A stretch of 64,000 bases of DNA, taken from contig CM082587.2 of NCBI GenBank assembly GCA_040954595.2, positions 5,072,206-5,136,205 on the forward strand. Reading direction: 5' to 3'. The notes beneath the pieces are model-generated. The model was not told the origin of the DNA and made no database searches. It saw only the letters and a program-made list of their open reading frames with translations. Positions 54,628 through 64,000 of this stretch are shown in pieces (position 1 is the stretch's first letter; every line of letters starts with the position of its first letter). Source of the stretch: Balanoglossus misakiensis (lineage: Eukaryota; Animalia; Hemichordata). A program made the position numbers and the translations under genes.

Positions 54628-57531
54628 TGTCTCTGAGCAAGCTGGTACTGTTGACATATGAAAGGCAAGTCGTGTCGTAGTGATTTTGTATGGTGAAGTT
54701 ACAATTATCGATTTTAGCAAATTTCCACATGAAACTGGAGAGACAGACAGACAATCAGATATTGGATTTTTGTTTTCTTACTTCAAGAAAATAAGCATAC
54801 ATAGTCAACGTAGTTGTGTGGGTTTCGGACTAAATATTTGGTCAATTCGTGGAAATGGATCTGGATAAGAAAAAAATGCGGTTAACCCATAGCAGAGAGT
54901 ACTAGTATTATATGTGTGTGAATCTTCTTGGAAATATTTGGCATTGGCTTTCCTGCGTTCATAAAAAATTATATGCCACGGGAAAGTAACTCGAAATTAA
55001 TATATATATATATATATATTTATGTTTCCTTGGTGACAGGTGGTCTGCGCCATACCTGACTGGTCGACTCTTCGACAAGGAAAGACGGTCTGCGCATGAT
55101 GCCTCGGTCGTATCAACACAAATCAGCTGATCGGGACATGATAGATTTACATTGCTATTAATTAGCCGCGTTCCTGGAGAATCTCAAAGTGCCTTTTCAT
55201 TTCAACATGATTCTCTATGGGAACCCAAGTCGTGTGCTGATAAGATAGCCAAACGGGCATTTAAATTCAAGTCGAATACGAGATATTTCAAATTACCGGG
55301 AAATCAAACGAAGGTGGAAAAGATCCAGTTTAATTAATGACCCGAAGGAAAATGAAACGACGCCACTTTCGTGTTGAATTATGTCGATTGGTTAGATTTA
55401 TGAGCTTGTATACAAGTGCATGCTTCGGTTGTAGTTACAATCAGTGTATTTGCCATGCTGAGTACTTTTTGTCGTCAAAATGTTAGGATGATGACGTCAA
55501 CATATATGATCATCGGCGCGTTGGCATGATGGCGCTATAGATGAGAGCTATAACCAGTTCTAAGATTCTGCGCAAGATCGACGCGTTTGTTGAGATGCAA
55601 ATTTTTCCCAGTTTGTCACAGTTGACGTCATCACTACTCGGAGAACATGGCGTCGTAGAATTGACTTCCGTTTCGTTCTGATTTTTTTTCTTTAATTTAA
55701 AAATTGCAGAGATAATTAAAATAAAAAATGTTCGACGTTTTGATGGCTGCTGACGGTTTTTCTTCGTAGCAACTGAACGTTGTATCATTAAAGGGCTTCC
55801 TTTAGTAGCACACGCACAGAGTGCAACTTCCACTGTGGTGCAATAAAAATGTAAATTTCAACAATATTTGGTGTTGTTCTTTTAATTAAACAATAATGCA
55901 TGCCGAAGTGACCAATTTTGGACAAAAGCACACACCATAACGAGTGAGACCGAGAGAGAGACCAAGACAGACAGACACAGACATCGAGAGGCGGATGAGC
56001 GGGCGCACACGAAGGCAAAGATCTTGATTTATCATTACGCACGACACCGGATCTTAGAGGTCAATCAAATTTGAGAGCTGCCAAGACAGAAACCGTTAGA
56101 GCCATAATCTGGTGAATTATTTTCTCAAATGTTGACACATGCATTTCCCTATGACAGGTGTGCTTATAAATGTACAAATATATTGATTATATGTCTATAC
56201 GTCTAAACATGTTAAAGTATTGGCGTACTGGTCATAGGGCTTGGTCGCACACCATAAGGAAATCTCTCATAAGTGGTAAGCTGGCGTCAGTTCAAAGTCC
56301 TGTCTGAAATTGATCTTCAGTTGAAATTAGGCTATTTCAGCACTTGTACACACGCAATGTCATTGAGTTATAATGTCGGAATGGTAGGAAATCCGATTTA
56401 GCGTTACAGGCAGATACGCTGTACTCCTTGCATGACGTGTCCAAACGTTCATTTCTGAAGCGAGTTCCCCGGTGTGCACACGCCAAACAAGCCCCTCCTC
56501 AAAAAGGGATCAACTCTATACTGATATAACTGTGCATTTATCAGCTGTAGTATCTCAGATAGACAGGGACAAATAAAGGGAGGTCCGTTCGGATGAAACA
56601 TTAATCTACGGCCACATTTTCTAGAGGAAATGCGTTAAAGAATGCTTGAATGGCGGCAGCTATGATATGCAGTTTATATAGATGGGATATATCGTACTTT
56701 GCAGAAATAAAGAAGTGTAAAATGTTGAGTACGATAAATTTATTAAGCTTATGACCGACACAATGCATGCAAAACATGGGAATCCAGTACAGAGTCACAG
56801 AACGGGGTACTTACCCCATTCTCATCTATAGTACCATCATGCCCGGTATCAGTCTACACAATGTATATTCACAAGTTACAGTAATAAACAGTTTTTCAAT
56901 GAGAGAGCATCTATAGCAAATCACTCTCCCCTGAAATAACTTAGGCTGCATGTTTCATTGTACCTCGCAAACTCACTGTGTGAATCACGCTAAGATTTAC
57001 CACGTGTGGCCATTGTCCGGCTCAATACCATGTACAGTCAATGCAACAAACGCCGGTCAAATCCACGCTATATTTCCATGCGAAATCCCACTTTTTCTCT
57101 GGGCACCAAGAACTGTGAGAACACAGAGAAAGATAGGGGCCGATCTCAACCCTGCCAGTTGATCAGCAATGTGGATATTCTTGAATATGTTGATGTCCTT
57201 GCGCTGCAGGTCAAACGCTGTTTGAGTCAGACGATCTCATCATGAGTGGAACATCGACCAAACGGGCGTCTTTTTGCAGTCCTGTTTCACAAGAAAAGTG
57301 GATGCAACACTTTAAGAAGACTAATAGGTTTATTTGGTTGTTTTTAGGCATCCGGCCCATACACATAGTATGAGATATACAATACAGTTGACGTGTTGCT
57401 AGGGGCCATTTCACTTGCCATAAGTGGTCGCCGTGTTTAGTTTCTTATACATGTACAAACACACGTGCCAATGTATCACACAATTATACTGATGAAAAGG
57501 AACAGACCATATTCAGTCTGTACTGACCTTC

Positions 57532-58755
57532 CTAAGCGAGGATCTCCGCCAGCATGGTCAGGGAGACGGCAAACGAAGCAAGGACGGCACTGCTACCCAA
57601 AACTCCCGCAGAGGAAACTGTTATGGGATGAATCAATACACGATACAGAATTTATTACTATTTTACCACATATATTATACGTTCACTTTGTGTAAAGCCC
57701 ATTACCTCAAATGCAGTTCAAGTGGCCCGGAAACGCGCTCCCTCAGGACGGCTCCCAAATTCCACACAGCGTCCTCGAAAACATCCACCACGGCTTCACG
57801 AAGTCCCTTCGGCAGTGTCAATCCTGAGCTACCACAGTAGACAGGCAAACTCCGTACGGTGGGCTCCCAAACTCCGCGACAATGCTACGGCACAGCTACC
57901 AGACCAGAATCAAATGAGCCACGCGACAACGTGGCTTTTACACCAGCAAAACTAATTAACACCTGGTCACGCTTATATGTTAAATAAAGCAATCAACATT
58001 GGTGCACCTGGCCACGAAACAAAACAAAAAATAAACTTCATCACATACTTCATGTATATTGCTGAGACACGCGATGAATTCATCAGGGTGTTTCTTTCGA
58101 GAGTGCCAACCGTGATCTTCAAGGAGTTTCAGATGAATTCATTGAGTGTAGCAACATTTACATGAAATTCGTCGTTCGTTACCTGGCTGTTCCGGTTGGG
58201 TAGCGTTTCCTGGTAACGTTCCTTGAGTCGTAACAGAATTATTGTAGTGACCTGTGAGTGTTACATTCTCTGGCGTCGTGGATGTCACAGCTGTACCTAT
58301 ACAAGAAACAGGAAAATATATATATGGTCACTTATGCCTTTGCAGAAATTATTCACTGTGATTCGCGTCGACCCTTCGATTTACAGAACACGCGTCCGTG
58401 TTTTACCAAGCACTATAGGCTCACAGCAGTTATACAAAGCACAAGACAGTGACGTCACAACCGTACTAATTGTTTTTCTGACTCATAAAATGAAGAAACT
58501 TACTGTTTTCTGAATAAGATGGCCTCACCAAGGTAGCCGAGATTACAAACACCGAGGCCCAAATTAAAAATCTGTAACCCCTGCAATGAAGACAAATGTT
58601 TTGGTTGGAAAACAGCAGACCTTGGACAAGACAAGACAAGACAAGACAAGACAAGACAAGACAAGACAAGACAAGACAAGACAAAATAAGACAAGGCAAC
58701 GATACCACTGCCAATCTGCAGGGGACATAGGGACAATTAACTGCACATACCTCAT
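57532..58755 (-). CDS. Small GPI-anchored glycoprotein 3 (93 aa), 4 coding exons
   Basis: Minus-strand exons 58755-58751 (ATGAG|gtatgt), 58580-58504, 58296-58183, 57617-57532; phases 2,1,1; 282 nt. MRGYRFLIWASVFVISATLVRPSYS-ENSTAVTSTTPENVTLTGHYNNSVTTQGTLPGNATQPEQPV-SSAGVLGSSAVLASFAVSLTMLAEILA*, with four N-x-S/T sites. TATAAAA at 58840-58834. Confidence 0.78.
58625..58693. repeat. (GACAA)n pentanucleotide microsatellite in gene 3 intron 1
   Basis: gacaagacaagacaa tandem. Confidence 0.95.
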
Positions 58756-58833
58756 TGCGCTGAAGGAGTCTATTCCATCAATCCTTGCCCCAAAATAAGT
58801 AACGATGAATATAGCTGAGGGAAGCTAGCTTCG

Positions 58834-58840
58834 TTTTATA
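58834..58840 (-). promoter_or_regulatory. TATA box of small GPI gene 3
   Basis: TATAAAA on the minus strand ~80 nt upstream of ATG 58755. Confidence 0.55.
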
Positions 58841-61800
58841 CTACTCAGCCAGAAGGGAACTGTTGAGACCAAATTAGTAATATTGACAATACCACATGGA
58901 CACAAGGAGCAATTCTTAAGCGACATTGGCTGGACTGTGCAAGTTTGTCGTTTTGGTACAGTATTCCGATTGGTCTGATTACATGTATATACAAAAAAAA
59001 AAAAACACTTCAAATATCATTGACATAGACTTCTTGTAGTTTCCAACCTGTCATCCTCAAATTTATTTGCTTTACATCCTTGTCGTCAGTGTTTATATTT
59101 TCAGCAGGATGGTTTCAATTCCTGTTCTCTGTGACCTCCATGCACTTGTGGGTAATAAACTGACAAAACTAAAGATGACGCCTAACTCTCCATCTGATTT
59201 CAGCATCCTCGCAAGGCGTCGTTGTTCGCGAAATAATCTGGTCTAGATCAACAGGAAATGACACAAATATCTATATGAATGTTCCAGTAAACCAAATGGG
59301 ATATCTTTGGAACTTGAAACGTTTCAATCTGATAATATGTTATCACTGTGATAAAAAGTGTGGGCTGTTTAATCCGAATTACTGGGAAATACCTATGACG
59401 CTACTAATAAGAAAAAAACGGAACATGCAAGCAGAGATTTTAAGGAATTCAATGTACAATCATTGAATTTTATGTGCGCTAAAAGAAGAAGTTCTCCAGG
59501 TAGGTGAGTGGTGGTTAGATTTACAGATTAGTAATACTTCCACTTTTTACTTGCTTTTTGGTCTGCCTAATATGTACATACACTAAGCCTGCATAGATCG
59601 TGGTGGCAATACATTGTTGCATCGTAGCCTGCAACACATCATGCCGAACGACCTTTGCTTTTCGATAGCATCTCATTCGATTGTGAGATAAGGAGACGCT
59701 ACTATCGATCGTGATTCAGCGTGAGATTTGGGCAATGATTACGATATCATTTAATAGGGGTAGGGGTAGTCCGTTCCATCGACACATATCATGTAAATCT
59801 TCATTTTTTGTCACCTGATCTTTGGCTCGAGGTCTATATATTGATGTATGTAAATATTTGTTAACGCACATTAAATCTTATTATTATATTAACAAGTCCA
59901 CTAGTCAGATCGATAATAGTGTTTGATATGTTGTCTCATTAATTTTATTCTGCGTGCATTGGATGCCTTCAACTAATAAATATGTTAACGGAATAACACG
60001 TTCCTATCTGATTTTATTGCATATCATATAAATATTTCTCCTGGAAGTGGTACGTTGCACGTCTGTTCAACGCTTCGGCTGGGTGACCTTTACCTCAAAG
60101 AAAAAAACGCGGACCGCCGGATTCAGAGCTCACCCATGTAATTGAAGTCATATAACACCATCAGCTGCCATTGTTCGCGTTATGGTGGCTTTTCCAACAC
60201 TGCAACAGGGCTATATGTACTTTGACCAACCTATATACCGTGCATAGTAACAGCTTGCAAAATCGCAAATTGAAACCATTTTTTTTTTTCCAACATGGGA
60301 TGCTGAGGGCGCACGATGCTGAGTACGAAATACCGCACCATGGCTGCGACTAAGGCGGTCGGCAAGTGTTCGACCGCCTGTGTTTGCTTGCCCATGCCAG
60401 AAAAGTTCGTGACAAAATTAATCAGCCTTTAATGCACGCGTGTGTGTGTTTTATGGCTTACAGCAGCTGCACAAGGATTTGGACGTATTTTACCACGGAT
60501 TATTTTAGCTCCGCCAGGAACTGTTTTCATTTTGAACACAATTTTGACCATTTGGGGATAACTGCAGTCCAAACAAAGCATGTTAAAATAACAAGATATT
60601 TTGAGGACAAATTTAGAATTGTCATTGAAATACCACAGTACAAAAGTTGTTCAGAAGTTTTTGTTTAATTTATTTCTTAAGCATAAATAGAAAACATGTA
60701 CCACACTAACTATTTTAAGTAACTAAAAAAACACAGAAAACTGTAACCATTTGTAGCCTCCATGAAAACACGTAGGGGTAAGGTGACGTCATATGACCGA
60801 AAGTGTCGTCACCCGTTTCGCCGTGCGTGCGCACACACCAGAACTTCAGAAGTGGAGTCACGGAAAACGAATTTTCTCATCGTTATTTTCGTCATGTATG
60901 GTGCGGGCGCTTGCTGCGAGAACAGTGTTCTGACGTCATCGACATACGCGCACTTTTTACAAAGGCCCAGGTTCCAGGCAGGAAATGTTTCACCCATCTA
61001 CCGAGTAACACAATATAAAACTTGAGTGGCCAACGTAGGATGCAGAATTTACGGAGTTTACAGAAATTCAGCCGTGGTGATATTACCCTCGCCGTATCGC
61101 GGCATCATATTGGGTAAATATTTCAGGAGTGAGTTTACAGTGACGCTTACCGGAGGAGCGATTTTTTTATCACCAAGAATTAGTCCAAATATAATGCGCT
61201 TTTCTGATTCCAATGCAAATAGTATAAATTTCTTTCCTGCGGTAAATGGATTCAAATGTAATTATCGTAAATAACTACATTCGAAACCCCAATTACCTTT
61301 CCTGTCAATTTTGAAATGTGACCATAATTACCTGACGAATTATGAATATTGGTGATTTAATGCAATGATGATGTTGGATATGGCAGTTATATTGGGGAGA
61401 CTGGCAAGCCGTTGCTAAGCTGGAGAGAAGCGTTAATATCATAAAGGAAGCCCTTCCTTCACGGTATTAAAGTTGTGCAAACAACTGCTGAATGAATTCA
61501 TGTGCGTTATTTACATGTATAGCAGGGAGCCCGGACTGTTTTAGTGGAATATGCATTTCGCTCATGCGCAGATTGGTTCAAACTATAAATGGCGGAGCGA
61601 GGTGTCTCTGCGGGAGTCGAATACAGTTAATGCCAAATTCCCGATCGTCACAGCGACGGCCCGGTTGTGTGTGGAGGTACCGTCCGTGACGTCATCATGC
61701 AGAGTTGGCCGTTCTACTCAAATCGACTTCGAATCCTATTCGCACGATTCTATTTCTGATATCTTTTAAGGTCGATTAGAGACAAAACGGATATGGCATA

Positions 61801-62269
61801 ATTTGGCGAAAATTCCCATATCTCCGGACCGGAAGAAAAACTCACTCCCAAAATTACAATACCCAATTATTAATACCGCGAGTTGTCATTAAAAGTCTTA
61901 TGCGGAAATTATGTTGCAACAGGAGACGCGTTATATACTAAAAACTAGTGGCCCTTTCGCCGATTAATAATGAAGTCAGTATATGCTTTGCTGTATTGCC
62001 AGACGGCCAAATTTGTTGTAGGAATTGAGACCTTCATTCTGGTTTCTCTGGGATAAACACAGTCAGGTACTGCAGCGAGTCCTGGCGAGAGAAAAACGCC
62101 AGAAAGACGGGGAATTAAAATCGGAGAGGAGAAAATAATATAGCAGGATTTGATGGAAACATATTTCAGAAGAAATATTCGAGATTATCAAAGTTAATGT
62201 TTGATTCAAACCATCACCATCACTTGGTGCGCATGCATCAGTGGTTAACACTTACTGAAGGTTCTAAAT

Positions 62270-62892
62270 TCAAAGTTGTTTGAACAGGACGCCCACCCCA
62301 GCCGTCGCGACCAGGAGCAACAGAGAGCTCGGACCGAAAGTTACAGCCGCTGCAGTCGCTGCAAAAAGGAAAAAGGTGTGGTCGTTAGGAGTGACGAAAA
62401 CTGCGGGGAGGGGGGACATGGAATAAATGTCGTGTGGTTCATGTTTGATTAATAACACAAAGAGTTTAGTCTCTGCAGATGGTGCAAATGTGTATGTGGC
62501 ACCGGCTACTTAGGTATCCAATGGACCACAATTCACCCGATAAATACATCACTGTGAGGTTTATCAACCGTTGATTGCTGGCGAGTACTGGACAGTTTTT
62601 GTTCGTAGCAAAAACTTACTTCAATACAATGTACTTTTTATTTTCGTATAAATCAACTGAAGGAGAAATCTTACCGGTTGTGGCTACTGGCGTCGTGCCG
62701 TCATCAGTCCCGTTGGTTGTTTGACCTATGAGAGAGTGATGAGAGTTAGAAACCCAATTTGCGATTATGCCCTCATGATATTCAGTCGTGTCGAAATGAC
62801 TCAAATTGTCAACTTGAGTTAACGTACCTTGACACGGGTTGAGGAGGGTGATGACAACCACACACAGCAAGAGTACGACTGCAGAATATTGC
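62270..62892 (-). CDS. Small GPI-anchored glycopeptide precursor 4 (~69 aa; ATG-bearing first exon not pinned down)
   Basis: Minus-strand exons 62892-62828, 62725-62675, 62358-62270; phases 2,1,1 as in genes 2 and 3. xQYSAVVLLLCVVVITLLNPCQG-QTTNGTDDGTTPVATT-ATAAAVTFGPSSLLLLVATAGVGVLFKQL*, with an NGT glycosylation site. Confidence 0.72.
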
Positions 62893-64000
62893 CTGCAAAA
62901 AAACCACAAACAGTCAAACCTGGTCTGGTTTCTGGCCGACACAGCGTAGTACGCAACAGGGAAATCCAAGCACCTCTCCGGGCATGGTATAAACTCAGGC
63001 CAGGTGGTTCACTTGATGCAGACGCAGACTTGTTTAAATATTGCTCAACCTTGCACACGGAGAAGATCTCCACTGCGCTGCTGACACCACCATTCAAGTA
63101 TTCTAAGCGGGCGTTTCCTTCTGACAACCGGTGCGCTTGTGGGTGCGAGGTTTGCACACCACTGTGCCACACTGCTTTCAAACGCATCACAAAACTGCTC
63201 AGTCGTCGAAGATGATTGCCGCTCGTCTATTAAAAATGTGCAAAAACAAACATACTGCGTCCGACAGAACTGCGAGAAAGAATGGCACACAGACCTGAAC
63301 ATGGTGTTTGACTTTCTTTCTTCGTCCACGCTGTGTCTGAAACTGAAAGGCAGAGTCTACGACAAAGTGGCGTTCGCTGGACAGATCAGTTGAATAAATG
63401 CTGAACGCCGCATGGGCGTTGGTGTGTGTCATCAATAATTCATGTTTCACCGCTGAAGAGCCATTGGAGGGTTTTGACAGATGCTTTAGTTCCTCGTCGT
63501 CTGATTGGGCCACGCTCGTTCAATTGTATGACACCTTGAATCGCTTGACGCGGAAGTGGCAAGGGTGTACTCTGTTTGCTCGTCTTGTTGTTGCCATGGC
63601 GACCTCTCGGCTACACAAAGCGAAGCAAAAAAACACTTCTCCATTACGTTTTTCGGGTGTGTTGCGACTCGCGAGTACAGGTGTTGATTTATTCACCCAA
63701 AACACGGCGTTATACTGTTCGGTGATTGAGTTACGTCGACTTGTTAAAAAGGGGTTACTTACAAACACGTTAAAATGGTGTTACTGTATACTGGTATCTC
63801 GTTTTTTAGTTGTTGCTCAGAAACATGTCCATACACATCCATACATTCCACCCCTGTGTGTTGCTACAAGGAACAAATCATGCAGGGTGCATTGCACAAC
63901 AGTCATGTGATAGAGGGACTGTGATCGCATTTAGACATGATCATAACTGGACTGGGTCCTACCCCTGTATAGTTTACTCCACATTGTAGAATAGATTTGG

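Noticed and set aside
58466-58798. ORFs with LVLSC/DKTRQ repeats
   Set aside because: (GACAA)n microsatellite; only the embedded 58580-58504 exon is considered real
59100-59240. Possible + strand exons (ttttcag..gtaata, gatttcag) as a fifth small gene
   Set aside because: No phase-consistent model with signal and GPI segments could be built
62829-63910. Overlapping 80-170 aa ORFs near the window end
   Set aside because: No recognisable domain and no coherent exon structure; may be a decayed repeat
1-64000. CRISPR arrays, operons, rRNA or tRNA genes
   Set aside because: None seen; sequence is spliced eukaryotic DNA and the tandem repeats are simple microsatellites without spacers

Overview
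Intron-rich animal genomic DNA. From gene content and style it is most likely an invertebrate deuterostome (hemichordate, cephalochordate or echinoderm type); this is inference, not shown. Gene models below were built by hand from GT/AG splice sites with reading-phase checks. In order: (1) the last two exons of a + strand gene that ends in a PKD1L/adhesion-GPCR-type GPS motif followed immediately by a stop; (2) a 5-exon Arrowhead/Lhx6-8 LIM-homeobox gene; (3) an intronless class A peptide-type GPCR (-) bracketed by ~330-bp direct repeats; (4) PGAP4/TMEM246 GPI GalNAc-transferase (-), head-to-head with (5) a 25-exon AXDND1 (+); (6) a cluster of four very small spliced genes at 49.3-62.9 kb that the ORF track largely misses. 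Each encodes signal peptide + a tiny Ser/Thr/Asn-glycan or acidic core + a GPI-attachment signal, a CD24/CD52-like design. Three of the four share exon phases and an intron just after the stop codon. No prokaryotic features, CRISPR arrays or RNA genes were recognised.
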